Shown here piece by piece: positions 53,807 through 64,000 of a DNA stretch of 64,000 bases; the stretch's first letter is position 1, and each line of letters begins with the position of its first letter. Location: the NCBI GenBank assembly GCA_000002435.2, contig CM018789.1; one strand, 5' to 3'. A program made the position numbers and the translations under genes. A model generated the notes under the pieces. The model was not told the DNA's origin and did no database searches. It saw only the letters and a program-made list of their open reading frames with translations. This stretch comes from Giardia intestinalis (taxonomy: Eukaryota).

Positions 53807-54259
53807 CTATGCAAGGAGCTGAAATATTTCCTGCACGGGGTAAAAGCTGTATTGCTGTGTGTAAACCAACTGGGCACCAAGGGTTATAGTAGATGAAAAA
53901 GGCGTGACCTTATGCCCACTATCGACGGATCCTTGGATTAGAACCTGATAGAATTGCATATTAGGCTCCTTAGCCATTGGAAAAGTGATAGATGAGGTTA
54001 CTGCATCTACGGAAAATTTAGCGTTTTTAGCGCCGTAAGTCTCTGCTCTGTGCTTGTATGCGCTTTCTAACGTGTTGTACAGTACACCGTTGTCCACGAG
54101 AATGTACCCCAGCTGCTTGTTGGGGTGTTTCTGAAAATCTAGCATGTGTGGTAGTCTATGAAGGGTATCGTGGTTTAAATTGGAGAGCCAATTATAATAG
54201 GACACGACCCAGTAATATATTAGTGATTCGAGCACGCTTCCATCGTTGACAGAGGCCAT
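53807..54259 (-). CDS. Small hypothetical protein
   Basis: The 150-aa ORF has an ATG with an AT-rich leader. Confidence 0.45.
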   Translation of the reverse strand: MASVNDGSVLESLIYYWVVSYYNWLSNLNHDTLHRLPHMLDFQKHPNKQLGYILVDNGVLYNTLESAYKHRAETYGAKNAKFSVDAVTSSITFPMAKEPNMQFYQVLIQGSVDSGHKVTPFSSTITLGAQLVYTQQYSFYPVQEIFQLLA

Positions 54260-54286
54260 AAGGCTTTTTAAAATGCGACAGAAGAT

Positions 54287-55399
54287 TCACTTGCTTCCCT
54301 CAAGGATTGACAGCTTAACTTGTAGTACGGCGTTTTCTTTGTACATTCTAAGAAGGTCTTCACCCAATAATCGTGAGTTCTCCATCTCAACCTGCAGTTC
54401 GCTGGAAGCGTTTGAGGAAGCACTTAGAGATACAACCGAGGCTCTACTAGTAGCTGCCAATTTCTCCCGCAGCAAAAGGTTTTCCTTTTCTAGTACCGAT
54501 ACTCGTTTGCGAAGCTCCATCAGTTCGGTTACCTCTGCCTTTGGAGTGGAGGACTCTTCATCATCCGCTGCATAAGAACTAAACCGAGACGCGGCCTTAG
54601 ATGGTTGCTTTTCCTGTGAAGCACCCATTTCCGGGCACAACTCAGCTTTGGGTGTGGGGTATCGTATTCTTCCCTTGGGAGTCTCTGGGATAGTGATGGA
54701 TAGAGACCCGTTGAAGAGCTTGCGTGCAGACTTCTGTGAGGCCCTGTGTTGTTTCTTCGCCTGTGCGCTGTCATCGCCAATGAACTCTGTACATTCTCTG
54801 TGAACTGCCTGTTCTTGCTCTTCTTGCATTTGCGCTTGCTCTTTGCGTATGGCAGCGTCGGCGACAATCTGAAGGTAATTGGAAATGTCGTCATGCCCAT
54901 TGCGCTGCGCAATGTCTGCAGAAGCCTGCACAACGCTAAGTTCATAGACGCTCTCGTTCAAAAGGTACTCGCAAACGTCTTTGTGCCCACTTGCCGCTGC
55001 ATAGTGCAGGGCCGTAAACATCATGTAGTCGTCGCGTGCACCAATAGCAGGCAGCAGCACCTTGCATACCTCCAACTTTCCGGCCGAACTGGCCAACATA
55101 AGCGCGTCCACGCCTGTGCTAGTGTATACATCCTTTTCTGCGTCAAGAACAACGGAGACAACGTCTAAGTAGCCTAGTTGGGCGGCTATCATAAGTGCAG
55201 TATGCTCCTGGCTCTGCTGCTTACCGCCCTCGAACGGGAGTAGAGCCTCGACAATATCTGCACGATTTTGCCGCGCAGCTTGATGGATAGCGTATTCTGA
55301 ACCATCCAGAGGCTTTCCAGCATATATGCGTGCCAATTGGCGAATAAGCGTCGCGTTCATCACGCGCACAGCATTTAGCCAGGCCTGACTCACAGTCAT
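54287..55399 (-). CDS. Ankyrin-repeat protein with a C-terminal coiled coil (Protein 21.1-like)
   Basis: The N-terminal half has ankyrin repeats (TALMIAAQLGYLDVVSVVL; FTALHYAAASGHKDVCEYLL). The C-terminus is heptad-like (LRKRVSVLEKENLLLREKLAA). Confidence 0.8.
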   Translation of the reverse strand: MTVSQAWLNAVRVMNATLIRQLARIYAGKPLDGSEYAIHQAARQNRADIVEALLPFEGGKQQSQEHTALMIAAQLGYLDVVSVVLDAEKDVYTSTGVDALMLASSAGKLEVCKVLLPAIGARDDYMMFTALHYAAASGHKDVCEYLLNESVYELSVVQASADIAQRNGHDDISNYLQIVADAAIRKEQAQMQEEQEQAVHRECTEFIGDDSAQAKKQHRASQKSARKLFNGSLSITIPETPKGRIRYPTPKAELCPEMGASQEKQPSKAASRFSSYAADDEESSTPKAEVTELMELRKRVSVLEKENLLLREKLAATSRASVVSLSASSNASSELQVEMENSRLLGEDLLRMYKENAVLQVKLSILEGSK

Positions 55400-55416
55400 T
55401 TTAAGGGCGATTTCTA

Positions 55417-56229
55417 TTAAATATTTAGACCACTCGGGTCTAGCAGGCTTTTAATATGTTGGTGAGCGTTTTCAATACTTGCCAAGTGATAGAACGTTAG
55501 AGTTACGCCATCGTCGTTTGGATATAGCGTGGCGTACTCAATAGCGCCCAAGGGATAAATGATATAGTCACAATCCTCTGGGTTAGATAGCGATTTGGGC
55601 TGGGACCGCCTTGTAGCAGCTGTGAATATTTCCCGGGGACGCGGAAACTTGACGCACGGACAGAGGAACATTACGTTGTACCACGGAGTGCTCCGCCCAA
55701 CTCGACAGCCAGCCAGATTCTGCGGAATAGGGAGGCTGGGCCTTCCTATGCTATTGGCTTCGGTGAGAAACTGGCGGAGCACATCTAAGGTATCTATGTC
55801 ATGCACTATTGTTATCTGAGGGTACTGCTGCTGACCATTTAGATGTGTATTATCATACTGTATGTACCTCGGAGTCTCGTCTTTCATATACGGGTGCGGA
55901 GGCCTGGGATTGCTTGAATATGAGCCGTCGGCACTGACTGCCTTCTGGGGCCCTGCGGTACCCTGTGAGATATAGACGAGAGCTCGAATTCCCTTGCTCG
56001 AGAGACTCAAGCGGAGTGCTGCAGACAGCTGATTCCTTCCGCATTGGTAGGGCTTGCAGTGGTAGACCGTTGTTCCAAGAACATGCCAACTTTCGGCACC
56101 CTTGCTACCCCGGTCCAAAGACTCTATATAGGACCTTCCTTCTGTGCTGTTGAATGGCAGATCAAATATGTCTATAATATCCAGGCCTATAATTTTGGGC
56201 TGTAGGTTAGCAGCAGAACGCGTTTCCAT
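55417..56229 (-). CDS. Hypothetical protein
   Basis: The 270-aa ORF has an ATG with an AT-rich leader. No recognisable domain. Confidence 0.45.
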   Translation of the reverse strand: METRSAANLQPKIIGLDIIDIFDLPFNSTEGRSYIESLDRGSKGAESWHVLGTTVYHCKPYQCGRNQLSAALRLSLSSKGIRALVYISQGTAGPQKAVSADGSYSSNPRPPHPYMKDETPRYIQYDNTHLNGQQQYPQITIVHDIDTLDVLRQFLTEANSIGRPSLPIPQNLAGCRVGRSTPWYNVMFLCPCVKFPRPREIFTAATRRSQPKSLSNPEDCDYIIYPLGAIEYATLYPNDDGVTLTFYHLASIENAHQHIKSLLDPSGLNI

Positions 56230-56284
56230 GGATTCGTTTTTTGCGTCACCCTGCCCAAGTATACTTGATTGTTTGGACGGCTCG

Positions 56285-57078
56285 TTATTGTGGTGAGCTC
56301 ACGGGTCTTAAAAGTGTCAAGGTCCAGTTCCCACTGTCGAGTACACAGTTGCTAACATGAAACCCTGCCTTTTCTGCGTCTTCAAGGGCTTCGTCTCGGG
56401 AATACAAATGGTAATAGCGTTGAACGCTTAGCGTGGGATTCTTAAGCGATGACTGTTTGCCTGCCTCTGGCGTAAATATCTCTGTCATAGTGATCTTGTG
56501 ATACTGGTTTCCCGTTTGAGAGCGCCAAGGTATCAGTGCTTCAGAGGGAAGCTCCTTCTCTCCTTGCTCCCTTGCCCACAAGGTGACTAGTGCTTTTCCT
56601 GCTGGCCGAAGGATGCGATATATCTCTACGAAAGCCTGTTGCCTGCGCTCTTGAGCCGACAAATGGTGTATGACGGCGATGCAGATAACAGCGTCCACGG
56701 TCTCAGAAAGTATTGGTATGGAGAGAATGTCTCCCCTGAGGATAGCAGCAGAGTTTCCATGATTCTCAATTGCCTTTTCCAGTAAACCTTGCATGGCTAT
56801 GGTGCACAAATTGGACGAGTAGTCAATCCCAAACTCGGCAAACCCAGGGCATAAAAGCATATTCCGACCGTTGCCGCAGCCACAATCCACTAATATGGTT
56901 CCAGAATTCAGGGATTGACAAAACTTTAAGACCGCAGGCCATGTCCTGGAGCGTGTATGACTGAAATGCCCGGCAGTCGCTTCATAAACTTGGTGCACAT
57001 ATTTATTTTCGTGATCCTGATGGTCTTCTATTACCGGCGCCGGGACGACCTTCCTAAGTGCGCAGGGAAGTGTACTCA
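56285..57078 (-). CDS. TRM9: TRM9/ALKBH8-type tRNA (mcm5U) methyltransferase, class I SAM-dependent
   Basis: Matching blocks: KYVHQVYEATAGHFSHTRSRTWP, ILVDCGCGNGRNM (motif I), DAVICIAVIHHLSAQERRQQAFVEIYRILRPAGKALVTLWAREQ. The start was chosen at the internal ATG (MSTLPC) with the leader tttttaaaattgcag. Confidence 0.8.
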
Positions 57079-57093
57079 TCTGCAATTTTAAAA

Positions 57094-59130
57094 ATGTTGA
57101 ATGAGGAACCATTTACAACGCCCACTAAGCACTCAGTTGTGGCAGCAAGATGCTTGCGAGACAAAATTATCGTTGTCACAGCACGAACCTTTTTCTTTAT
57201 CTCTGCACACAACAAGATCAAAGCAAGTCGTCATACCCCTTTACCGGTCTCTGATGCAGCCCGTATTCTCAGCTGTATATTCCTAGCAGATATGCTTGTT
57301 GCAGCATGCATAGAGGATAAGGGCGCCTGCTTTTTCGGTCTTTTGTGCCTAGACACACAGACCATGATCGCTTCATCCCCAGAATTACCAGGCTCTGTCC
57401 ATGCTAACCGAACATTCACTGCGTTTGGGATGAACAACATTGTCGTGTTTGCTTTTCTTAGCCGTGCTGGCGTACTCACCATTTGGCCATCAAAAGGGGT
57501 TTTTCTTGAGCCTCTTCTTTTCCAGTACAAGTATACTGCTATCACTCACATCTTCTCGTCCATTATAGCACTAGGTACGACTACAGGCCAAACTATCCTT
57601 GTTGATGTCAACGGAATGAAAGTTTTACGGACCCTGGAGCCCTATCAGCATGCAGCTGTTCCCTCCAAAGCCGCTGATCTGGGGTTAGTAAGCCGCTTCT
57701 CTATGATGTCTATGACCAAGCATCTTCCTCGTCCTTCCCTATCGACTATTGACGACCCTACGGCAGAATCATCTGTAGATAACGACGACATGGATATTAG
57801 TACTAACAACCTTACCTATGTTAACGCTTCCAGAGAGCTCTTTCTTCAATCTATCCTGGACCCGTCCAGCTATGTTGAGGAGAGTGATATCTTTGTGGAC
57901 GAACTTCCATCCAAAGGTGCTAGAAATGTAAGACACATTGTCCACATCTGCTTTAGTGAGGAAATCAATGTGCTGGCAAGTATGTCCTCTGGACGAGTTA
58001 TCTTTTATTACTGCTTGGAGAGTCGTGCAGCGTTCCCAGTATTATTCTCTACTTATCGTGCTGCATGCATATCTCCTGGAAAGAGTGGCTTTTTAGTCGG
58101 CGATGATTATGGGACAGTTTTACATGTAATCTTGGGGAAGAATCGAGTATTCAAGTCTATGTCTAATTCCATAGAGCATTCAGTATTGCGCTTCCCCCCG
58201 CTTATCAAACTAGCTGGTTGTGCCCACATGACGACTGCTGCCGTAAGCCTCCTAACTTCATCGGATGCAGTGATTTTAACAGGTTGCGGCCGATCCCTAT
58301 CTGTTTGTTCATACAAGTTCCTGCAAGATAAAATGAAGGAGGCATCAGCAGATTTCCTCCGACAGTCTTTGTGCCTTGCTTATGGACCTGCCTTTATAAG
58401 CAAGTGTTTCATAACGCTTAACGGGTACATCACGGCTTTGACATCAGAGGCGGCAGAGATGCATCTACTTGCACAAATAGAAAAGGATCTAGCAATCGTC
58501 TGTGAAGAAAAGGATCCTGAAACAATGGATATGCGCACTGCATTACAAGCGACTACCGAAAGCATTAATTCTAGTCTTACGACGTCTCAGTTTTCTCTTC
58601 AGACTAGTAAGTATGAGCCGCAGGAACAGAAAGAATACGGCATGGGCAGTGCCACCATCTTTGGAGAGCAGCTCTTTGAGCGAGCCGTGAAGAATAACCT
58701 TAGAGATCTGTATCGTTTACTTGTAGCTTTTGATGTCAAGCAGCCTTTCTTCTCTAACATATTGATAGGTAAGGATGACCGTTTAGAGTTCATCAAGCAT
58801 ATGTTTGCGTTTCAGAACACATTACAGGAAAACCCCATGGACGAAATAGTTCAGTTAAAAGCCCTGACAAATGCTGACTCAGAGCTATTAGCATCTACCA
58901 TTGTGCGGATCAGGAGTGCAATATGGAAGGCTTATTCAGACATCATAACAATCTCTTACTTCTTCGGTTCGCAGCTTCAGCAAATCCGGAGCATGCTTGT
59001 GTCCATGACCAAGACGGTGAAATCTTTAGGTAATTCCATCATTGGTGCTGCATATCAAGCACAACTGCATAATATAGATCCAGATCGGTTCGATCAGATG
59101 GTAGAACAAATACAGGGCCATATCAACTAA
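57094..59130 (+). CDS. Large hypothetical protein
   Basis: The track ORF starts at GTG (57058). The first ATG (MLNEEP) is about 15 bp from the divergent TRM9 start. Confidence 0.5.
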   Translation: MLNEEPFTTPTKHSVVAARCLRDKIIVVTARTFFFISAHNKIKASRHTPLPVSDAARILSCIFLADMLVAACIEDKGACFFGLLCLDTQTMIASSPELPGSVHANRTFTAFGMNNIVVFAFLSRAGVLTIWPSKGVFLEPLLFQYKYTAITHIFSSIIALGTTTGQTILVDVNGMKVLRTLEPYQHAAVPSKAADLGLVSRFSMMSMTKHLPRPSLSTIDDPTAESSVDNDDMDISTNNLTYVNASRELFLQSILDPSSYVEESDIFVDELPSKGARNVRHIVHICFSEEINVLASMSSGRVIFYYCLESRAAFPVLFSTYRAACISPGKSGFLVGDDYGTVLHVILGKNRVFKSMSNSIEHSVLRFPPLIKLAGCAHMTTAAVSLLTSSDAVILTGCGRSLSVCSYKFLQDKMKEASADFLRQSLCLAYGPAFISKCFITLNGYITALTSEAAEMHLLAQIEKDLAIVCEEKDPETMDMRTALQATTESINSSLTTSQFSLQTSKYEPQEQKEYGMGSATIFGEQLFERAVKNNLRDLYRLLVAFDVKQPFFSNILIGKDDRLEFIKHMFAFQNTLQENPMDEIVQLKALTNADSELLASTIVRIRSAIWKAYSDIITISYFFGSQLQQIRSMLVSMTKTVKSLGNSIIGAAYQAQLHNIDPDRFDQMVEQIQGHIN

Positions 59131-59132
59131 CG

Positions 59133-60797
59133 TTAAAGCTGGTGCTCGTCTTTGCCATTATCGGTATTGTCACTTTGCCCAGCAATATTGCGATTGGCGC
59201 TGTCACTGTAGCGGAGCCCTTTGATAGAGTAGATGACCTGTCGCTTCTGATGCTTCGTTCGGCTCCAATGTATCCTGTCGATGCCCTCATCTGCCTTCCA
59301 TCTAGCTCTGAACATACTTGCTTCCCGAGCCTTGGACGTGTCCTTCGCTCCTTTGAATCCCTCAAGAGTCACCATCCACTCGGGGATATCCTGGCCGCTA
59401 TCCCGCACAGCAGTCGCTAAGGATCGAACTAACAACGCGTCGCGCTCTGTAAAAAGCGTCACCGCAGTTCCCTCTGTCTGCCTTCCCGCTCGTCCAATCC
59501 GATGAATGTAATGTGTTAGATCAGATGGTATGTCGAAATTAATAACCAGCCCTATGCGTGGGAAGTCCAGCCCGCGCGCTAAAACGTCTGTGCAGACTAA
59601 GATCCATAAGTCTGCTGTTCGAAATTTAGTAACAATCTCATGGCGTTGGTTTTTGGTCAAGCCAGCATGAAGATAGCCAGTCGGCCAATCGACATAGCAG
59701 ATAAGCTCTTTATATATCGTAAAGACTCTATCTGAAGTTGAAGCAAACACAAGCACGGGCGGCTTTCCGTACTCTATAATCGCTTGCTGGAGGGTAAACA
59801 TTTTGTATCGATCCCTGCCAGCAAACATAAAGTATTGTTTTACAGTATTGGTAGGCATGCCTGCTCCAGCTACTGAAATCTGTACCGGATCCACTAGGAA
59901 GGTATTGACAAGTCCAAAGACTTGATCAGTCACACTGGCACTAAACAATGTGAACACGGGCCGATTAGCTGGACAACAGCCTCCAGTGTTTGCATTCGTC
60001 TTCAAAATCCACTCTAACACAGCATCTATTTGCTCTATGAATTGTGGGTTCATCAGGCAGTCGACTTCGTCGAGGACGATTGTTTGTAAGTTGGGGAACC
60101 GCACAATGCCTTCGGTTAAAAAGTTCAACAAAACAAGAGGTGTCGCCACCATAACGTCATGTCTTTTGGAATTGATGAGGGACTGCGTAACCGTCTCCTT
60201 TCGCTGTAATAACATTGTACGGAATGAAGGAGCGAGCTGATTGCAGACACGTGCCACCTGATCTGCTAGTTCTCTTGTGGGAACCAGAACAAGGACACGA
60301 AATCCATCGCTGCCTGGTTGACCAAGTGACAGTATTGATGGAATAATGTACGCTCCTGACTTTCCACTGCCAGTTGGAGCCAGGCAAAGACAGTCACGGC
60401 GCGACATCAAGGCAGGGATAGCAGCCTGTTGTACCGGGGATGGGACCTCCCATCCTAACTTACTGATGTTCTTCTGCAGCTCTTTTGCAGCAAAACTACC
60501 AGATGAAGCATCTTGATCTGACTGCAGCACAAAGCGCGTGGAAAGCTCATCAAACGACTTACATGTTGGACCACAGTCGCCCCAATTTATGCGAGAAATG
60601 CGCTGGGCCGTACACCATGCGCGTTCCTGTTCATCAGTTATCTCTGTGTATGGAACTCTTGGTACGTCTTTACTAACTTGTATAGCAACAAACTCGGACG
60701 CATGGATCCTTTCTGCACGGCCGTAGAACTGTGGTTCATGTTGTTCCTTGTCCTTCTTACTGAACTTGGCTCCACGAGACAAGAATGAAAACGACAT
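59133..60797 (-). CDS. DEAD-box ATP-dependent RNA helicase
   Basis: Helicase motifs: Q motif/motif I APTGSGKSGAY, Ia VLVPTRELADQV, II LDEVDCLM, III SAS, VI HRIGRAGR. The track start is TTG; the first ATG (MSFSFL) has the leader ttgaattaaaaattgcat. Confidence 0.9.
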   Translation of the reverse strand: MSFSFLSRGAKFSKKDKEQHEPQFYGRAERIHASEFVAIQVSKDVPRVPYTEITDEQERAWCTAQRISRINWGDCGPTCKSFDELSTRFVLQSDQDASSGSFAAKELQKNISKLGWEVPSPVQQAAIPALMSRRDCLCLAPTGSGKSGAYIIPSILSLGQPGSDGFRVLVLVPTRELADQVARVCNQLAPSFRTMLLQRKETVTQSLINSKRHDVMVATPLVLLNFLTEGIVRFPNLQTIVLDEVDCLMNPQFIEQIDAVLEWILKTNANTGGCCPANRPVFTLFSASVTDQVFGLVNTFLVDPVQISVAGAGMPTNTVKQYFMFAGRDRYKMFTLQQAIIEYGKPPVLVFASTSDRVFTIYKELICYVDWPTGYLHAGLTKNQRHEIVTKFRTADLWILVCTDVLARGLDFPRIGLVINFDIPSDLTHYIHRIGRAGRQTEGTAVTLFTERDALLVRSLATAVRDSGQDIPEWMVTLEGFKGAKDTSKAREASMFRARWKADEGIDRIHWSRTKHQKRQVIYSIKGLRYSDSANRNIAGQSDNTDNGKDEHQL

Positions 60798-61751
60798 ATG
60801 CAATTTTTAATTCAATGATGAAGTTGCCTCTTTAACAAGGTACCCTCGCCAACTGTTAATGGTGTAAATAATTGCACATACAGCTGAGCACTTGATGGTC
60901 TGGTGCCATGCAATTGTGGTGATGTAGAAATATGGTCATAGTTTAGCTTTGGTGATTCACTCCGCCCACCGGCTGCCCCCGGCGCTAGCTATTGAGCTCC
61001 GCGACGGACCCTCCATCCTTGGCCGTGGAGCGGGGCTCCTCAAGGCAGCAGGGGGCCAGCGCGGTCGCCGCTCCCATCCCCAGCCGCCGGGCTAGCACGC
61101 CCACTGAGCCGCGACAGGCCCATCAGAGTCTACTTGTTTGCATGTTCTGCGGAGGGCGGCGCGTTTCTACCGTGGGTCAGGGGGCGAGGGATCTCGCCGG
61201 AAGCCGTGCAGATGCACCGATCGGGCAGCAGCCCCAGAAGATCGCCAGCCTGGCCTGTGCTGGCAAGTCGGGCAGTGGCGACGAGCGCTCCGGTCCGGGA
61301 GAACATGGCCTCGCGGGCTGGCAGACGGCGGTGAAGTGACGCGGCGCCTGAAGGTCAACCAGTGGGTCGAGGGGGCTGCGGCATAGGTGAGCGCGGTATC
61401 GTCACTGAATCTACCCACTCAAACAGTCATTGGGCTTTACAGGCTTACAGATATGAGTCGTGCTTTTGATTACCTTTTCCTAGAACTCTAGAGCAGGGTC
61501 ATACATCTGCCCTCATTGTGTTCCAAATAGCACACGAGTGTGAGACACTATAGTCTTCTTTAGAAAATACGTGACATATACATCTGCTTTACTGACAGTG
61601 ATAAAATTAGCGAATTAAAATGGGTAAATCTAAATGATTTTTCTTTTGTCTTATCAAAATAACTTATTAAGTGTAACTACACTGGTATCACGTTTATAGC
61701 ACAGATGACTTCAACGGAAAAGCATGATAATCCCAAATTCCTTGCATGATT

Positions 61752-62468
61752 CTACTGTTTACTTTCAGTTTCGTTACACTCTATATATTTTCTGTTCATT
61801 AGTTTAGCAAAATGAGGATCTTTAGACTTTAGAAAAGTTATGGCTGGATGAATATTCTTCCCACGAGATTGCTTATTGAAAAGTTTAAATCCGTAAAGTG
61901 TTGGTATGTACTGTTGGCTTGGCGGGGGCATAATATTTGGGTAGGTGAGGATAAACATTGGCACCAGAGAAGGGCCATAGAAGCAACCATCTATAAAGAA
62001 CTCAGGATCCGTGTTATAGAGCTTGTATAGCTTATGGCAGGCAGGGCAAAAGCAACGCAGTACATCCTTTCCTGGTTTTTCAACGGCACTGTAGGGAAGT
62101 AGCCGCTGTCCACTGCACAGGTAGCGAGGACACTTACCATATTCGCAACGCTCATACTTCTGTCTTACATCCTCAAGCCCTTGAGGCGTCAAAATGTACC
62201 TGGCATGGATATGAGCATAGAGAAGCGCTGCAGCCTTTGAAACAGCCATCTCGTCGACATCCGTGGTTTGCGGTTCGTTGCGAATGAGCTTTAGTGCTTC
62301 TGAAAAGTGCTTGATCTCCGGCTCTAAACCATAAAGGGCTAGGTTATCTTCCAGATAGTATTCCGGTACTTCTACGAGCAGCCTCCGAAAACCGCCCTGA
62401 GAGAGAAAAGCAGTAAGCCAGTCTTCTTGCTCATCAGAATAAGACCCACTGCTCCCCCCTTCTTCCAT
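61752..62468 (-). CDS. CSNK2B: Casein kinase II regulatory (beta) subunit
   Basis: Matching blocks: LYAHIHARYILT and the zinc-ribbon CPRYLCSGQRLLP...CFCPACHKLY, plus LYGFKL. Confidence 0.9.
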   Translation of the reverse strand: MEEGGSSGSYSDEQEDWLTAFLSQGGFRRLLVEVPEYYLEDNLALYGLEPEIKHFSEALKLIRNEPQTTDVDEMAVSKAAALLYAHIHARYILTPQGLEDVRQKYERCEYGKCPRYLCSGQRLLPYSAVEKPGKDVLRCFCPACHKLYKLYNTDPEFFIDGCFYGPSLVPMFILTYPNIMPPPSQQYIPTLYGFKLFNKQSRGKNIHPAITFLKSKDPHFAKLMNRKYIECNETESKQ

Positions 62469-62561
62469 AAAATTAAAACTTCATTCCAAATGATCTTCAT
62501 CAATTACACCGAAGTTTACTTCAAGAGGGCACACGTGTAGATAGGTCTATGCGGTATAGAC

Positions 62562-63968
62562 CTATGCGGTAATTCTGCTGATTTTTGACGCACTGTCCTG
62601 TAGGCAGCGGTAGTGTTTAGTAATTAGATTGAGATAATAACGCTTTGATGTGTGTACATCGACAACTAGCAGACGCTGCCTGACCATAAAGTCAAGCAAG
62701 TCTGAAGAGGTTGCAGGAGCCAAGCCAAATCGTTCTGTTAGTTCATCGGCAGTCACATAAGGGTGGGGCTTGTTTGGTTGTGGGTTTTCGGCCCTCACCT
62801 TCGTCCATGCATTGTAGAGCACATTGATTACAATGAAGTGAATTACGTTTGTTAGACGCACCGCCTTTTCCACGAAATACCACGTGTCATTGATGCGCCA
62901 TGGTACAAACATCGGGAACCGGTGGTATGGGATCTTTTCGCTTGTGCCCTTCTTGCACTCGTCATCCGCTAGTTTTACTGCTTTATAGAATGCGTCCACA
63001 GCAACAGGGTACACAGGTCGGGCATGATTTAAGAGGGAAAAGATCTCATCGGCTGGGATTACCTTGAACTTTGCTGCGGAGTGAAAAGGAGACGTAAGAC
63101 TGTAATTTAGTAGCAGAGATGGAAGGCTCTTAGTAATTGTCTCTATGGTTAGCGAGCATGCGGACAGAGTTAGGGGAATGTTAACGTTCTGCAATCCAGC
63201 AATGTACATTTGCAGCGGAAAATTTGGAGCTTCAATTGACGTCATTGAACTGTAGGACGACACGTATCTGTCTATATAGGAGGAGATAATGTATGCTGGG
63301 GACTTGCCCTTAAGCTCAACCAGGGCGGTATTTGTAACATGAGGAATACCTATGATCTCCTCCAGTGAATCTTTATAGTCAGCATTGGTGAAGAACTCCT
63401 CTGCGGATGGAAGAAGAGTCTGAAGGGAGCTTGCTTCAGTAGATTTTAGGCCATTAACTTCTTTCTCAAGTACAGATGAAACCACAGGCGTGCTCTTGCA
63501 ATCAATCTCATTAGACGCCTTCAGGAACAAAAGCATAAGCTTATTCGTGGACACAAGAAGGTCATTAGACTCCCTTAGTCGACTGACTGTCAGTGGTTTA
63601 GAAAACTCCTTCAGGCAATCTTCTGGAAGAAGAGCAGACAGGAGGGAAGTCTGCTCAGGAACAGAATTATGATCTAGTTGTGCCAGTATCGGATGACTTA
63701 CAGGCTGAGTAGAGCCAGGAAATTGATTTTCGGACTGGCCTTTTTGTTTGCAGATACTATGCTCACGTGGAGCAAATATAGCCACTGAAAGCATATCGTT
63801 ACTAGAGCTTGCGAAAGTACCTCCTGTTTGTATCACCGATGAGCCTTCTTGATCATCACAGATGATTTTGGGTGATATATTGTTAGATTCTCCAAGAGTC
63901 TCGATGGGCATTTGCTTTGGCTCCTGCACTGGCTTTGGAGGCACAAAATTCATTACTGAAACAGTCAT
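62562..63968 (-). CDS. Hypothetical protein, possibly extending beyond the window end
   Basis: The track ORF begins at TTG 63995 with no upstream stop inside the window. The first ATG is at about 63968. Confidence 0.45.
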   Translation of the reverse strand: MTVSVMNFVPPKPVQEPKQMPIETLGESNNISPKIICDDQEGSSVIQTGGTFASSSNDMLSVAIFAPREHSICKQKGQSENQFPGSTQPVSHPILAQLDHNSVPEQTSLLSALLPEDCLKEFSKPLTVSRLRESNDLLVSTNKLMLLFLKASNEIDCKSTPVVSSVLEKEVNGLKSTEASSLQTLLPSAEEFFTNADYKDSLEEIIGIPHVTNTALVELKGKSPAYIISSYIDRYVSSYSSMTSIEAPNFPLQMYIAGLQNVNIPLTLSACSLTIETITKSLPSLLLNYSLTSPFHSAAKFKVIPADEIFSLLNHARPVYPVAVDAFYKAVKLADDECKKGTSEKIPYHRFPMFVPWRINDTWYFVEKAVRLTNVIHFIVINVLYNAWTKVRAENPQPNKPHPYVTADELTERFGLAPATSSDLLDFMVRQRLLVVDVHTSKRYYLNLITKHYRCLQDSASKISRITA

Positions 63969-64000
63969 TTGCCGAGCCTCCAAGAGTCCCGTCAAAGACG

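Noticed and set aside
61138-61418. U6-snRNA-like stretch (gggagaacatggcctcgcgggctgg) in the GC island
   Set aside because: It resembles the ACAGAGA/AGC region only partially and lacks the invariant GATTAGCATGGCCCCTGCGCAAGGATG core. It is retained only as part of the generic ncRNA-candidate finding.
1-64000. Many ORF-track start coordinates, for example 4168, 4309, 8544, 12038, 36213, 46480, 57058, 60803 and 63995
   Set aside because: The codon at these positions is TTG or GTG, not ATG, so the track evidently permits prokaryote-style alternative starts. For a eukaryotic nuclear gene the first in-frame ATG with an AT-rich leader was used instead.
1-64000. CRISPR arrays, operons or prokaryotic mobile elements
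   Set aside because: The sequence is eukaryotic (tRNA of eukaryotic type, CCT, CK2, ubiquitin-L40). No spacer-repeat arrays or IS-like terminal inverted repeats were seen.

Overview
This 64-kb window looks like a compact, intron-poor protist nuclear segment, and its hallmarks point to Giardia intestinalis; that assignment is an inference from the sequence, not a database hit. The hallmarks are a 1,150-aa high-cysteine membrane protein (HCMP) with many CxxC and GGCY motifs and a C-terminal transmembrane helix; Protein-21.1-type ankyrin genes; and very short AT-rich initiator regions directly upstream of most ATG codons. Downstream AGTRAAY-like polyadenylation motifs are also present. The supplied ORF track evidently accepts TTG/GTG start codons, so several ORF starts were moved to the first in-frame ATG that has an AT-rich upstream region.

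Two housekeeping blocks (about 0.9-14.7 kb and 39.3-64 kb) contain recognisable genes. These include CCT-epsilon, ribosomal protein S18, a divergent ubiquitin-like/L40e fusion, a MOK/RCK-family kinase, a DYRK-like kinase, MAK16 and S-adenosylmethionine synthetase. The same blocks also hold an M24 peptidase, a TRM9/ALKBH8-type methyltransferase, a DEAD-box helicase, CK2-beta and ankyrin proteins.

The middle 25 kb (14.7-39.3 kb) is structurally unusual in five ways.
1. A roughly 3-kb ORF-poor stretch spans 14.7-17.7 kb.
2. A large near-perfect inverted duplication has arms of about 5.1 kb (17.76-22.88 kb and 24.48-29.65 kb). Each arm carries an HCMP gene and an alpha-tubulin N-acetyltransferase (ATAT1/MEC-17) homolog arranged head-to-head. 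The arms are separated by a GC-rich spacer of about 1.6 kb that is open in all six reading frames.
3. A 1.3-kb AT-rich ORF-free stretch is followed by a serine-type (class II) tRNA whose anticodon loop reads GAU.
4. Two identical 1.59-kb direct repeats (about 74% GC) flank an ankyrin-repeat gene 5.8 kb apart. Their flanks continue as diverged homology.
5. Both ATAT1 copies carry an identical G7 homopolymer where a single-base frameshift would fuse the catalytic domain to an open 86-codon tail.

None of these could be verified computationally here.
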